From NCBI GenBank assembly GCA_044368015.1, contig JBIPLF010000001.1, forward strand, positions 10,939-74,938: a DNA stretch of 64,000 nucleotides, given 5' to 3'. Every line of letters starts with the position of its first letter. Position 1 is the stretch's first letter. Shown piece by piece: positions 19,504 through 32,293 of this stretch. This stretch comes from Rickettsiales bacterium. GTDB lineage: Bacteria > Pseudomonadota > Alphaproteobacteria > Rickettsiales > RI-342. Both the position numbers and the translations under genes were made by a program. A model generated the notes under the pieces. It made no database searches. It saw only the letters and a program-made list of their open reading frames with translations, and was not told the origin of the DNA.

Positions 19504-20522
19504 ACCTCCTCCCTCCAGAAGGCGAGGAACATGCCGAACATTGCCGCCGCCACGGTCACGCATACCCCAATCTCCACCAGCAGAATACCAATGCGGTGGC
19601 CACGTGCGCTATCGGTCCAGCCAAGCCAGGTATAATTGAGGAATCCATCCCCGGCGAGCATCCCGGTGACTCCAATGAGCGCATACAAGCTCACCCCCAA
19701 CGCCCCCACTCGCAGCAGAGCATCCGCCCGTAACCAGCGATGCAGAGCGGCTTCGCCATGGGTGAACACATACAGCACGCCGCTTGCGGCCAGTATCACG
19801 CCTGCCTGAAATCCGCCCCCCGGACTCACCTCGCCATGCCATTGCACATAAGCGGCATAGAGCCACAAAAACGGCAGCAACAGCCGCACGCTCACGCGCA
19901 AAATGGGTGATACCTCCCCCTCACGCGGCGGCAGGGGAGTCGTATGCCCCGCCCGCAGCACCCCCACCACGGCGAGCAGCGCCACCAACACCACCAGCGT
20001 TTCGCCCAGCGTATCGAAGCCGCGATAATCAGCGAGCACCGCCGTGACGGTATTGGGAATGCCAATATCCACCGGCACCTGCTCCAGATAGCTGCGCCCC
20101 ACCCCAGCAGTCGCCGGATGCAGCAGACTCCCCAGCGGCGGCAGGGTGAGCAGCGCCACCATCAGCGTCAGTGCCAGCGGAAACCCGATCAGCCAGCCAG
20201 AGAGCGGACGAATCCGCATCATGGAAGCCTCTGGCAGCACCCGCAACGCCATGTTAAGCAGCAAGGTACCAGCCCCCGCCCCCACGGCGACCTCGGTCAT
20301 CGCCACATCCGGCGCGTCGAGGGTAAAATACAGCAACGCACTGCTCAGACTGAAACAACCGGTTGCCACCACCAGCGCACTATGGCTACGCGCAAAACAG
20401 ATGCCAACGCCAGAGGCCAGCAACAGCAGCAGCGCCACCCCCATCACCCAGGATTCGCGGTCCATCCCCCAGGAAGCGGCGAAGAGTTCAACCATGCGGT
20501 CCCTCCCCGCTGCGCTTGCCAT
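19500..20522 (-). CDS. mnhB: Mrp/Mnh antiporter subunit B fused to an MrpA-C-terminal-like (DUF4040-type) segment
   Basis: 340-aa polytopic protein. It contains YRGFDTLGETLVVLVALLAV and PGGGFQAGVILAA, blocks typical of MnhB. The start is ambiguous (20522 or 20495). Confidence 0.75.
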   Translation of the reverse strand: MASAAGRDRMVELFAASWGMDRESWVMGVALLLLLASGVGICFARSHSALVVATGCFSLSSALLYFTLDAPDVAMTEVAVGAGAGTLLLNMALRVLPEASMMRIRPLSGWLIGFPLALTLMVALLTLPPLGSLLHPATAGVGRSYLEQVPVDIGIPNTVTAVLADYRGFDTLGETLVVLVALLAVVGVLRAGHTTPLPPREGEVSPILRVSVRLLLPFLWLYAAYVQWHGEVSPGGGFQAGVILAASGVLYVFTHGEAALHRWLRADALLRVGALGVSLYALIGVTGMLAGDGFLNYTWLGWTDSARGHRIGILLVEIGVCVTVAAAMFGMFLAFWREEV

Positions 20523-20790
20523 CGCGATAGGCCATCCGCGCCATCAGATGCGTAGCGATGGGACTCATCACCAGCATGGCGAGCGCCAGCAACGCAAGCT
20601 TCAGACTCAGCAGAGAAAAACCGCTCTGCACGGCAAACCCGGCCAGCACCAGCGGCACCCCCAGCACATCGGCGATCCCCACCGCATGCAACCGGCAATA
20701 GACATCCGGCAGGCGCCACAGCCCCAGCACCGAGGTGAGGAGGAACACGCCCCCCGCCCCCCACAGGATCAGGGAGAGGAGATCACCCAT
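20488..20790 (-). CDS. mnhG: Mrp/Mnh antiporter subunit G
   Basis: MGDLLSLILWGAGGVFLLTSVLGLWRLPDVYCRLHAVGIADVLG: the RLPD.Y.R.HA motif is typical of MnhG/PhaG. Confidence 0.8.
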   Translation of the reverse strand: MGDLLSLILWGAGGVFLLTSVLGLWRLPDVYCRLHAVGIADVLGVPLVLAGFAVQSGFSLLSLKLALLALAMLVMSPIATHLMARMAYRDGKRSGEGPHG

Positions 20791-21055
20791 CGCTGACCGA
20801 TTCCGGATCGGCAGGGGTCGGCCAGCAGGCAAAGCCAAACACCCCCACCAATCCCAGTAAGGCATAGATCAACGCGCTATCCACCAGACTCGCGTCATTC
20901 ATCACAAAGGCGAGCGCCACCAGCACCAGCACCATCAGGCTATTAAGCAACCCCAGCGCCACCACCCGATCGTAACGGTTGCGCTTCCGCCAGCCAAACA
21001 CGGCCACCGAGAGGATCAACCCCAGCAATCCGGCCAATATCAGGCTGTAGGTCAT
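20783..21055 (-). CDS. mnhF: Mrp/Mnh antiporter subunit F
   Basis: 90 aa with three hydrophobic helices (RYDRVVALGLLNSLMVLVLVALA). It sits between the E and G subunits with overlapping stop and start codons. Confidence 0.72.
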   Translation of the reverse strand: MTYSLILAGLLGLILSVAVFGWRKRNRYDRVVALGLLNSLMVLVLVALAFVMNDASLVDSALIYALLGLVGVFGFACWPTPADPESVSDG

Positions 21056-21525
21056 GCCCGCCCCTCCGCTGCAAAACACTGCTGGACTTTGCCTTTCATC
21101 ACCTCGGTTTCCAGTGAGGCGATGTCCTCGCCGCGCAAGGCATGGATACGCAAAGCATCCCCCTCCTGCGCAACGGTCAGCGTGCCGGGGGTCAGGGTAA
21201 TGGAATGGGCATAGAGGGTCATCGCCCCCTCTTGCACCTGCCCGTGCGGTAGCGACAGTATCTGGGGCGACAGTGCACCACGAGACCAGATCAACCGGGT
21301 GACACTCCACGCCGCCTTCACCGCTTCGGCATAAAGCCACATCGCATAGGCCGGAAATCGTACCCAGACTCGCGGATGCAAGGGGTGATGCCGGTGCAGA
21401 TGCATCCAGCAGGCGGCAATTGCCAGCACCGAGAGCAGCCCCAGATACAGCAGCGGCATCTCAGCGGAGCCGGAAAGCACCCACCACAGCAACGCAAACC
21501 CCGCAACCAGCGCAGATGCAAACAT
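21052..21525 (-). CDS. mnhE: Mrp/Mnh antiporter subunit E
   Basis: 157 aa. Two N-terminal TM helices are followed by ITLTPGTLTV....L.IHAL, as in MnhE. It is the first gene of the cluster. Confidence 0.75.
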   Translation of the reverse strand: MFASALVAGFALLWWVLSGSAEMPLLYLGLLSVLAIAACWMHLHRHHPLHPRVWVRFPAYAMWLYAEAVKAAWSVTRLIWSRGALSPQILSLPHGQVQEGAMTLYAHSITLTPGTLTVAQEGDALRIHALRGEDIASLETEVMKGKVQQCFAAEGRA

Positions 21526-21590
21526 GCGCTACCCTCCCGTCATGTGTCTCATATTCAGGCCTCTCTTCTTTAGCGTAGCGTACCCTCGGT

Positions 21591-21737
21591 TTCACCTCCC
21601 CCTTGATGGGGGAGGTCGGTGAGCGGCGTGAGCATCACGAATCGCCAGCGAGACCGGGAGGGGATGACGCCCCGACGTCATTACCCTCCCCCGGAATCGC
21701 AAGCGATTCCGAGCCCTCCCATTCAGGGAGGGGTGAA
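21591..21737. repeat. MITE-like element, family 2, with terminal inverted repeats TTCACCTCCCCC / GGGAGGGGTGAA
   Basis: The ~147-bp element is ~85% identical by eye to 59985-60133. It contains internal palindromes (CCCCCTTGATGGGGGAGG; GGAATCGCAAGCGATTCC). Confidence 0.8.
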
Positions 21738-21751
21738 AGAAAGAAGCATCG

Positions 21752-21868
21752 TCATTGCCCCAGCCGCACCATGGTCAAGGCGAAGAACGCCGCCACTACG
21801 CCGAGTAGCACCACCAGCAACAGCCAGTTTTTACCACGTTGGGTACGATGTAATTCGCCGTAGGGCAT
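21752..21868 (-). CDS. Small single-pass membrane protein (38 aa), not in the supplied ORF track
   Basis: AAGGAGAA lies 5 nt upstream of the ATG. Translation is MPYGELHRTQRGKNWLLLVVLLGVVAAFFALTMVRLGQ*. It is downstream of ctaB on the minus strand, at the 3' end of the aa3 oxidase cluster. Confidence 0.55.
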   Translation of the reverse strand: MPYGELHRTQRGKNWLLLVVLLGVVAAFFALTMVRLGQ

Positions 21869-21942
21869 GGGGTTCTCCTTGAGGATGGATAACTGGAGAG
21901 AAGATGACTGGATCACTAGAGTTTAAGTCATCCATCATCCAG

Positions 21943-22863
21943 TCATCCCAACAATACATCTACGCATACTAACGCGGTGAGCGCAAAAAGATAGAGCATG
22001 GAGAACAAAAACATCGAAAGCGCGTGACGCGGGTTGTCACTGCGGTAGACCCGCACCGCATGCCACAGAAACACGGCATTCAGCAGCAGGGCAGGCACCG
22101 CATACCACATCCCCACCCCCGCCCACGCGACAGGAGCAAGCGCCAGCGCCGCCAGCACCAGCGTATAGACCAGTATCGCCCGTTTGGTTGCGGCCTCACC
22201 CGCCACCACTGGCAGCATGGGAATCCCTGCCTTGCGGTAATCCTCGGACTTATAGAGGGCCAACGCCCAGAAATGCGGCGGTGTCCAGAAAAAGGTCAGC
22301 GCAAACAGCCACCAGGGTTGCCACGCCAGCACACTCCCCGTCACAGCGGCCCAGCCAATCACCGGCGGGAGCGCGCCCGCCGCGCCACCAATCACGATAT
22401 TCTGCGGGGTATGACGCTTGAGGATCATCGTGTAAAACACCGCATAAAACCATATGGCAAAGGTGAGCCAACCCGCCGCCACCCAGTTGGTTGCAAGCCC
22501 CAGCAAACACACCGCCAGCACCGCGAGGATCAACCCAAAACATAAGGCGTCATCAGCCGCAATCCGCCCGGCAGGGATGGGGCGATTCTGCGTGCGACGC
22601 ATGATGGCATCAATATCGCGGTCGTACCACATATTGATCGCGCCACCAGCCCCCGACCCCAGCGCCACCGCAATCAGCACCATCCCTTGCAGCACGGGGT
22701 GCAAAGAGCCGGGTGCAATCCACATCCCCACCGCCGCGGTGAACACCACCAGCGACATCACCCCCGGCTTGAGGAGTGTGACATAGTCGCGCACCGTCGC
22801 AACAGAGGGCGCTCCCAAGGGAACGCCCTCCAACTCAGTGATAGGAGAGAGGCCGGTTACCAC
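21943..22863 (-). CDS. ctaB: Protoheme IX farnesyltransferase (heme O synthase)
   Basis: UbiA-family motifs (NMWYDRDIDAIMRRTQNRP, GGAAGALPPVIGW) and a position immediately downstream of ctaD. Confidence 0.92.
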   Translation of the reverse strand: MVTGLSPITELEGVPLGAPSVATVRDYVTLLKPGVMSLVVFTAAVGMWIAPGSLHPVLQGMVLIAVALGSGAGGAINMWYDRDIDAIMRRTQNRPIPAGRIAADDALCFGLILAVLAVCLLGLATNWVAAGWLTFAIWFYAVFYTMILKRHTPQNIVIGGAAGALPPVIGWAAVTGSVLAWQPWWLFALTFFWTPPHFWALALYKSEDYRKAGIPMLPVVAGEAATKRAILVYTLVLAALALAPVAWAGVGMWYAVPALLLNAVFLWHAVRVYRSDNPRHALSMFLFSMLYLFALTALVCVDVLLG

Positions 22864-22869
22864 CCGTGG

Positions 22870-25358
<2,489 letters not shown>

Positions 25359-25455
25359 CGCAGACTTTAAGTTGCGGTTTAGGTTAGCGGGGGACTATAA
25401 AAGTGTGAACCGCCCATGACAACCGAAAAACCGCTTTGCCGACGAAAGAACCACC

Positions 25456-26892
25456 GTGACCCAAGCGCAACCGTTTCCCAGCCCCGCTCCCTTCACCCCG
25501 CTCAGCGCCGCACAAAAGGCCGATATCACCCATCAGGCATTGCACGGCATGGAGGATGGCGAGTTGTTTTTGGAACACAGTCTGGCCGAAAGCCTTGTCT
25601 TTGACGATGGCAAACTGAAAACCGCCAGCCTCACCACCGAGCAGGGATTCGGATTGCGCGCCGTGGTGGGCGAGCGCACCGGTTTTGCCCATGGCAACGA
25701 CCTCTCCGCTCCCGCGCTGTACAAGGCCGTGCAATCGGTGCGCGCCGTGCGCAACGGCTACGAAGGTATTGCCGCGCCTTCTCCCGCCCCACTTCCCCGG
25801 CAGCGAGCGCTTTACGGCAGCGACAATCCGGTGGATGGCATACCCTTCACCGCCAAAGTGGTATTTTTGCAGCAGGTGGATGCCTATTTGCGCAGCAAAG
25901 ACCCGCGCGTACGGCAGGTGACCATTTCGCTCGCCTCCAGCTATCAGTGCATCGAAATTTGCAAGCCGGACGGTTTCAGCGCGCAGGATATCCGGCCGCT
26001 GGTACGGATCGACATCTCGGTGGTGGTAGAGGAAAACGGCCGCATGGAGCGCGGCTCCATGGGGCAAGGATCGCGTGGTGCGCTCACCCCCTATATCACC
26101 CCCGACATCTGGCAAAAACAGGCCGATGAAGCGCTGCGTCAGGCGCTGGTGAACCTCGCCGCCCTACCCGCCCCTGCCGGAGAGATGGAGGTCGTGCTTG
26201 GCCCCGGCTGGCCCGGCATCCTGCTGCACGAAGCAATCGGCCACGGGCTGGAGGGCGATTTCAACCGCAAAAAAACCTCGGCTTTCGCAGGGTTGCTGGG
26301 GCAGCGCGTCGCAGCCAAAGGGGTGACGGTGGTGGATGACGGCACCATCGAAAACCGGCGCGGATCGCTGACCATCGACGATGAGGGCACCGCCACCGAA
26401 TGCACCACGCTGATTGAAGACGGCATCCTCGTCGGCTACATGCAGGACCGGCTGAATGCACGGCTCATGGGCATGAACCCCACCGGCAACGGCCGCCGCG
26501 AGAGCTATTGCCACGCCCCCCTCCCCCGCATGACCAACACCTATATGCTGGGCAGAAACGCCTCGCCGGAGGAGATGATCCGTTCGGTCAAACGCGGCCT
26601 CTATGCGGTGAATTTCGGGGGCGGGCAGGTGGATATCACCTCCGGGAAATTCGTGTTCTCGGCCTCAGAAGCCTACCGCATCGAAGACGGCCGCATCACC
26701 TCACCGGTCAAAGGCGCCACGCTCATCGGCAACGGGCCGGATGTGCTCACCAAAGTGGCGGCGGTCGGCAACGATATGCGACTCGATAGCGGCATCGGCA
26801 CCTGCGGCAAGGCCGGTCAGGGAGTGCCTGTCGGGGTGGGACAACCCAGCCTGCTCATTCGCGGCATCACGGTGGGAGGCACCGAGATTTAG
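25456..26892 (+). CDS. tldD: Metalloprotease TldD
   Basis: 478 aa with LLHEAIGHGLEGDFNRKKTSAF and C-terminal GGQVD..SG.F.F...EAY.IE.G.I..PVKGATLIGNG. Confidence 0.92.
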   Translation: MTQAQPFPSPAPFTPLSAAQKADITHQALHGMEDGELFLEHSLAESLVFDDGKLKTASLTTEQGFGLRAVVGERTGFAHGNDLSAPALYKAVQSVRAVRNGYEGIAAPSPAPLPRQRALYGSDNPVDGIPFTAKVVFLQQVDAYLRSKDPRVRQVTISLASSYQCIEICKPDGFSAQDIRPLVRIDISVVVEENGRMERGSMGQGSRGALTPYITPDIWQKQADEALRQALVNLAALPAPAGEMEVVLGPGWPGILLHEAIGHGLEGDFNRKKTSAFAGLLGQRVAAKGVTVVDDGTIENRRGSLTIDDEGTATECTTLIEDGILVGYMQDRLNARLMGMNPTGNGRRESYCHAPLPRMTNTYMLGRNASPEEMIRSVKRGLYAVNFGGGQVDITSGKFVFSASEAYRIEDGRITSPVKGATLIGNGPDVLTKVAAVGNDMRLDSGIGTCGKAGQGVPVGVGQPSLLIRGITVGGTEI

Positions 26893-26951
26893 CTTGAGTT
26901 TGGGGTTAAAAACCATAGAATCTACTACATCTCGTTTTACAGAGCCTCATC

Positions 26952-27623
26952 ATGCCCAATACGCACACCATTTCCGCCTATGACCGCGAGCTGAAACAGC
27001 TCACCCACACCATTATCGAGATGGGTGATCTGGTCAAAGCCCTGCTGCGGATGGGGGTGGAAGGGCTGGACGCCCCGCGTCAGGATCTGGCCGAAAAAGC
27101 CGTCGAAACCGATAAACGCATCAACGCGCTGGATGCGAGTGTCGAACAACAGGCCACCGCGATGCTGGCGCTGCGTAATCCCATGGCGGTGGATTTGCGG
27201 CTCGTCACCTCGGCCATCAAAATGGCGGTGGTGTTTGAGCGCATGGGCGACATTGCGAAAAAAATCGTCAAACGCACCGTGAAGCTGGGTGATTACCGTC
27301 CCGCCCATGTGATGGAGCCACTGCACCTCATGGCAGAAATGGTTGAGAAAATGATCGACCAAGCGATGGACGCCATCGCCCGCTACGACGCCGAGGCCGC
27401 CCGTCAGGTGTTCGATCAGGACGACGCGGTGGATGAGCTGTATCAGGATATGCTCACCAACCTGCAACGCGACATGGTGGCCGACCCGCAGAACGCCGCC
27501 CCCTACACGCTGATGATCTTCCTCGCCAAAAACTACGAACGCTTAGGCGATTACGCGGCAAACCTCGCCAAATCGGTGAATTATGTGGCGTCCGGGGATC
27601 GTAGGTTTGGCGAAGGCGCGTAA
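26952..27623 (+). CDS. phoU: Phosphate signalling complex protein PhoU
   Basis: 223 aa. Duplicated PhoU repeat with E/D..I....D and ERMGD/ERLGDYA motifs. No pst genes are adjacent. Confidence 0.88.
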   Translation: MPNTHTISAYDRELKQLTHTIIEMGDLVKALLRMGVEGLDAPRQDLAEKAVETDKRINALDASVEQQATAMLALRNPMAVDLRLVTSAIKMAVVFERMGDIAKKIVKRTVKLGDYRPAHVMEPLHLMAEMVEKMIDQAMDAIARYDAEAARQVFDQDDAVDELYQDMLTNLQRDMVADPQNAAPYTLMIFLAKNYERLGDYAANLAKSVNYVASGDRRFGEGA

Positions 27624-27627
27624 CGCA

Positions 27628-27972
27628 CTACCCCCGCCATTCTGCCTGCGTCACATCCACAAAACACTCCACGGCAGAAAGGTCCAGCTCGCCGGATTGA
27701 GTGGCTTCCCACACATCATAGCCATGCTGCAATCCCAGCCATAGGTCGGGTGTCGTATTGAGTGCCTTACTAAGCCGCAGCGCCATCTCCACCGAAAGCG
27801 CCGCATGGCCATGCAGTAGACGCGAGAGCGTGGTACGGTCCACCCCCAGCTTCTCGGCAGCAAGGCTCACGGAAAGGCCAAGCCCTTCCATCAACACATC
27901 TTTCAACACCGCACCGGGATGCGGCGGCGCATACATCGGCTGGGTTACACTATATTCGTGGAGAGTATGCAT
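27628..27972 (-). CDS. higA: HigA-family antitoxin (XRE HTH)
   Basis: PPHPGAVLKDVLMEGLGLSVSLAAEKLGVDRTTLSRLLHGHAALSVEMALRLSKAL, directly downstream of higB. Confidence 0.88.
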   Translation of the reverse strand: MHTLHEYSVTQPMYAPPHPGAVLKDVLMEGLGLSVSLAAEKLGVDRTTLSRLLHGHAALSVEMALRLSKALNTTPDLWLGLQHGYDVWEATQSGELDLSAVECFVDVTQAEWRG

Positions 27973-27984
27973 CCTGAGGTTCCT

Positions 27985-28263
27985 CTAGTGATAATCCAGA
28001 TAGTCCAACACATAGGCATCGCCATCTTCAAAACGGAAGACCAGACGCCAGTTTCCATTCACCTTGACCGACCACAGCCCCTTCATATTACCCTTCAGAG
28101 GGTGTAAATCATACCCGGGCAGCGCGATATCCTGCACGGTTCTGGCACGATTCAATACCGCAAGCATCAGAGAAAGACGGGTGGCATGTTTGGCCTGAAT
28201 GCCTGCGGTGGATCCGGTTTCATAGAACTTCCACAGCCCTTTATGAACGAAACTCTTGATCAT
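27985..28263 (-). CDS. higB: HigB toxin (RelE/ParE superfamily, plasmid-maintenance killer type)
   Basis: MIKSFVHKGLWKFYETGSTAGIQAKHATRL......LPGYDLHPLKGNMKGLWSVKVNGNWRLVFRFEDGDAYVLDYLDYH. The start is at the MIKSF methionine (28263). Confidence 0.9.
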   Translation of the reverse strand: MIKSFVHKGLWKFYETGSTAGIQAKHATRLSLMLAVLNRARTVQDIALPGYDLHPLKGNMKGLWSVKVNGNWRLVFRFEDGDAYVLDYLDYH

Positions 28264-28320
28264 ACCGAGAATTGTAGCGCAGCACGCCACAGAACACAAG
28301 CATAAATGTAGCGTGACGCG

Positions 28321-30300
28321 CTACACCCGCAACTCCGCCTCTTCCAGTTCCTGAATCTGGTTGCGGAGGGTGGCGGCTTCTTCAAACCGTAGGTCGGCAG
28401 CGGCAGCGAGCATCTGTTTGCGTAAGGCATCCACCTTTTTGCGCAGTGCCGTGCCGGTGAGGATTTCCGCTTCAAACGCCGGGGCATCCGGCTCCGCCAC
28501 AGCATCATACAGCGACGCCCCCACCAGCTTCAGCACGCTGGTCGGCGTGATGCCATGTTCGGCATTATAGGCCTGCTGGATGGTACGCCGCCGCTCGGTT
28601 TCTTGAAGCGCCGCCCGCATGGAGGGCGTCTCCTTATCCGCATAGAGGATCACGCGCCCTTCCACATTCCGCGCCGCCCGTCCGATGGTCTGGATCAGCG
28701 CTGTTTGTGAGCGCAGAAACCCCTCCTTATCGGCATCCAGAATCGCCACCAGCGCGCATTCGGGAATATCCAGCCCCTCGCGCAGCAGGTTGATGCCCAC
28801 CAGCACTTCAAACACGCCACGGCGCAGATCGCGCAGGATTTCGATGCGCTCCAGCGTATCCACATCGGAATGCAGGTATCGCACCTTGAGTCCGGCATCG
28901 GTGAGGTAATCGGTCAGATGCTCGGCCATTTTTTTGGTAAGAGTGGTGACGAGCACCCGGAAGCCATCCCGCGTCACCGACCGGCATTCGGCGAGCAGAT
29001 CATCCACCTGTGTGGTCGCCGGACGGACAATGCACACCGGGTCCACCAGCCCCGTCGGGCGGATCAATTGCTCGGCCACCCGGCCTTCGCTACGCGCCAG
29101 TTCCAGCGCGCCGGGGGTGGCCGATACATAGATGGTTTGCGGGCGCAGCGCGTCCCATTCCTCAAACCGCAAGGGGCGATTATCCAGCGCCGATGGCAGG
29201 CGAAACCCATACTCCACCAGCGTGGTTTTGCGGGCGCGATCGCCGTTGAACATGCCGCCGATCTGCGGCACAGAAACGTGGCTTTCATCCACAAACAGCA
29301 GTGCATCGGGGGGCAGATACTCAAACAGGGTCGGCGGTGGATCACCCGCTTTGCGACCCGTCAACCAGCGGGAGTAATTCTCGATCCCCTTGCACATACC
29401 GGTTTCCTGCATCATCTCCAGATCGTACCGCGTGCGCTGCTCCAACCGCTGCGCCTCCACCAGTTTCTGCTCGCTATAGAGCCGCTCCAATCGGTCTTTC
29501 AGCTCAATTTTGATGCCCTTCATCGCCTGATCCAGCGCCGGACGCGGCGTGATATGGTGGCTGTTGGCGAACACCCGCACATGCTCCAGCTTGGCGAGGC
29601 TCTCGCCGGTGAGGCTATCGAACTCGATCATCTCCTCAATCTCGTCGCCAAACAGAGACACCCGCCAGGCGCGGTCGGCATAGTGGGCCGGGAAAATATC
29701 CACCGTATCGCCCCGCACCCGCACATCGCCCCGCTCAAACGACACGTTGTTGCGCTGATATTGCAGGGCGGTGAGGCTGCTGAGCAGCGCGTCACGGTTG
29801 CAGCGCTCCCCCACCCGCAGATTGAGCGTCATGCCGGAGTAATTCTCGGCATCGCCAATACCGTAAATGCAGGAAACCGAGGCGACGATCACCACGTCTC
29901 GACGCTCAAACAGCGCACGGGTCGCGGCGTGGCGCATCCGGTCGATCTGCTCGTTGATGGAGGAATCCTTCTCAATATACACATCGCTGCGCGGAATGTA
30001 GGCTTCCGGCTGATAGTAATCGTAATAGGATACAAAATATTCCACCGCATTATCGGGCAGGAACTCCTTCATTTCACTGTAGAGCTGCGCGGCGAGAGTT
30101 TTGTTATGCGCCATAATCAGCGCCGGACGACCAGAGCGTGCAATCACCTGCGCCATGGTGAAAGTTTTACCAGAACCCGTCACCCCCAGCAGGGTTTGAT
30201 CCTTATGGCCCTCTAGAACCCCCTGCACCAACTGGTCAATCGCCCGCGGCTGGTCACCGGATGGCGCAAAATCGGCTTTAATTTGGAACACTGGGGACAC
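28321..30300 (-). CDS. uvrB: Excinuclease ABC subunit B
   Basis: F.....[28 protein letters not shown], helicase motifs and a C-terminal UVR domain ([17 protein letters not shown]). The GTG start at 30300 (or 30291) overlaps the tadC stop. Confidence 0.96.
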   Translation of the reverse strand: MSPVFQIKADFAPSGDQPRAIDQLVQGVLEGHKDQTLLGVTGSGKTFTMAQVIARSGRPALIMAHNKTLAAQLYSEMKEFLPDNAVEYFVSYYDYYQPEAYIPRSDVYIEKDSSINEQIDRMRHAATRALFERRDVVIVASVSCIYGIGDAENYSGMTLNLRVGERCNRDALLSSLTALQYQRNNVSFERGDVRVRGDTVDIFPAHYADRAWRVSLFGDEIEEMIEFDSLTGESLAKLEHVRVFANSHHITPRPALDQAMKGIKIELKDRLERLYSEQKLVEAQRLEQRTRYDLEMMQETGMCKGIENYSRWLTGRKAGDPPPTLFEYLPPDALLFVDESHVSVPQIGGMFNGDRARKTTLVEYGFRLPSALDNRPLRFEEWDALRPQTIYVSATPGALELARSEGRVAEQLIRPTGLVDPVCIVRPATTQVDDLLAECRSVTRDGFRVLVTTLTKKMAEHLTDYLTDAGLKVRYLHSDVDTLERIEILRDLRRGVFEVLVGINLLREGLDIPECALVAILDADKEGFLRSQTALIQTIGRAARNVEGRVILYADKETPSMRAALQETERRRTIQQAYNAEHGITPTSVLKLVGASLYDAVAEPDAPAFEAEILTGTALRKKVDALRKQMLAAAADLRFEEAATLRNQIQELEEAELRV

Positions 30301-31297
30301 TGGTGGGGGTATCTTCTCCTGTGAGCGATCCCATACCCATGACCTGAATCGCCGCAGGTGTCAAAATAATGATAAACAAGGCGGGTAGCAAGAACCCTAC
30401 CAGCGGCAGTGTGAGCAATGCCGGCAAACGCCCTGCTTTATTTTCGGCGATCATCAGCCGTGTGTAGCGGAAATCCTCAGAAAGTACCCGTAGTGTTTCG
30501 GCAAGGGAGGTCCCGAATTTCTCCGATTGCAACAAGGCGCTGACAAAAGAACGAAAGGCCATCATATCGGTGCGCTCTGCCAGACGTTTGAGCGCCAGCG
30601 TACGATCGTTGAGCAAGGTCAATTCCAGACGGGTTTTGTCCAATTCCTTGGTAATCACCGGATGGGCGTTTTTAAGCTCCCGACACACCCGTTGCAATGC
30701 AGCGTCCAGCGAAAGCCCAGCCTCCACGCACACCAGCACCAGATCGAGCGCATCCGGATAGGAACGCATCAGCTTGATCTGCCGTTTCTCTTTCTTTTTA
30801 TTGAGCACCAGATCCGCGCCCCGCATCCCCAACAGCCCCACCACAATCAGGACCAACACTCCCATCAGGAAGGAAGACCCCTGCTCCCCCTGTGAGTTAG
30901 CAAACACGATCGCCGCCACGGGCAAGGCCAGTATCCATCCCAGTTTCTTGAAAAAGAGGTAATAGATGGCGGCATTGGGGGCATCAATGCCCGATTGCAG
31001 TAATTTGAGATTCACCGTAGGGCGTAACGCATCCACATCAATCTTGAAGGTACGCATCAGACTGAGCAGGAACAACGGCAACCCACTCAGCATATCATCC
31101 GTGGCGACTACCCGGTCATAGGGACTGTCATCCGGCTGCTCAAGCACCTGCGTTACCTGCGTTTCACGGCGCAGTTTGCGAGTACGATGCTCTACCGATG
31201 GTTCGCGAGCGAGCACGTTCCACACGAGCATCGCCAGTGTAAACACCCCGACACTAACCCCCACCGCCAACAACAGAGAGGTTGCTGAAAGATCCAT
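30278..31297 (-). CDS. tadC: Tad pilus assembly inner-membrane protein TadC (T2SS-F family)
   Basis: 339 aa with an N-terminal TM. The T2SSF core is [25 protein letters not shown]....P....EL......L..G..R..AL. Two C-terminal TM helices follow. Confidence 0.85.
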   Translation of the reverse strand: MDLSATSLLLAVGVSVGVFTLAMLVWNVLAREPSVEHRTRKLRRETQVTQVLEQPDDSPYDRVVATDDMLSGLPLFLLSLMRTFKIDVDALRPTVNLKLLQSGIDAPNAAIYYLFFKKLGWILALPVAAIVFANSQGEQGSSFLMGVLVLIVVGLLGMRGADLVLNKKKEKRQIKLMRSYPDALDLVLVCVEAGLSLDAALQRVCRELKNAHPVITKELDKTRLELTLLNDRTLALKRLAERTDMMAFRSFVSALLQSEKFGTSLAETLRVLSEDFRYTRLMIAENKAGRLPALLTLPLVGFLLPALFIIILTPAAIQVMGMGSLTGEDTPTSVPSVPN

Positions 31298-31306
31298 ACG
31301 CCCTCC

Positions 31307-32287
31307 CTAAATATCAATTTTGATCAGTTTGCGGATCACAATTTGTGCCAGAATCACCAACCCCACCGCCACCCCCAGCATAAATCGACCGGTAGGATGC
31401 GTGAACATGGGGTCGATATATTCGGGACTGGAAAACTTCAGTGCCCCCAGCACAAAGAAGGGCAAGCCACCCACCATATAGCCGCTAATCCGCCCCTCGG
31501 CTGTCATCGCATGGATTTTCATGCGGAGCTGTTTACGTTTGCGAATGATGTTGGAGAGGTTGCTGAGTACCTCCGCGAGGTTACCACCGGTTTCCTGCTG
31601 CACCCCTACCACGACCACAAAAAAATTGACATCCTGCTGTCCAACACGCACCGCCATCCGGTACAGGGCCTCCATCAGCGTACGCCCATAGGTGATTTCA
31701 TCGACCACCTGCTGAAATTCGGTGGAAACCGGGTCTTCCATATTCTCTGCAATCATACGAAGCGCGGTGGAAAGCGGATGCCCCGATCGCACGCTCCGCA
31801 CAATCATATCAATGGCATCGGGAAACATATTAAGGAAGGTGGTATTGCGTTTCTCCACCTTCATTTCCAGAATCTTGCGTGCCCCCAGTACGGGCAGCAC
31901 CAGCCCCAGCAACACTCCCGCGATCCCCATGGGAAGCAGCAGGTAGATCGCCATCAGCGTCAGGAGCGCGATAACGGCCCAGAACCCCATAACATTGCTA
32001 ACCATACCGGAACGCGTAACCAGTAGCTGGGTCGAGCGCACCCCAGGGATCTTATGCAACAGCGCATTCAGGCTCTCGTTACGCGTAAAACTATAGGTAC
32101 GCAGCGCAACATCAAGCTTGGCATCCTCTTCGTCATCCTCAAAATTGGCCCAACCCAACTCCTGACTGTCTTTCAGGAGTTTCTTCTTGCGATCTGCCCC
32201 ATCGTTGGATTTAAGCGCCGGGAACAGCGCAAAGCAGAGGACAAACACCCCCACACTCGCAGCGATCGCAAGGAGTATAGGGGTCAT
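31307..32287 (-). CDS. tadB: Tad pilus assembly inner-membrane protein TadB (T2SS-F family)
   Basis: 326 aa: FPDAIDMIVRSVRSGHPLSTALRMIAE....P...EF..V..E...G......AL, followed by GGNLAEVL.NLS..IR.R. Confidence 0.85.
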   Translation of the reverse strand: MTPILLAIAASVGVFVLCFALFPALKSNDGADRKKKLLKDSQELGWANFEDDEEDAKLDVALRTYSFTRNESLNALLHKIPGVRSTQLLVTRSGMVSNVMGFWAVIALLTLMAIYLLLPMGIAGVLLGLVLPVLGARKILEMKVEKRNTTFLNMFPDAIDMIVRSVRSGHPLSTALRMIAENMEDPVSTEFQQVVDEITYGRTLMEALYRMAVRVGQQDVNFFVVVVGVQQETGGNLAEVLSNLSNIIRKRKQLRMKIHAMTAEGRISGYMVGGLPFFVLGALKFSSPEYIDPMFTHPTGRFMLGVAVGLVILAQIVIRKLIKIDI

Positions 32288-32293
32288 ACGTTC

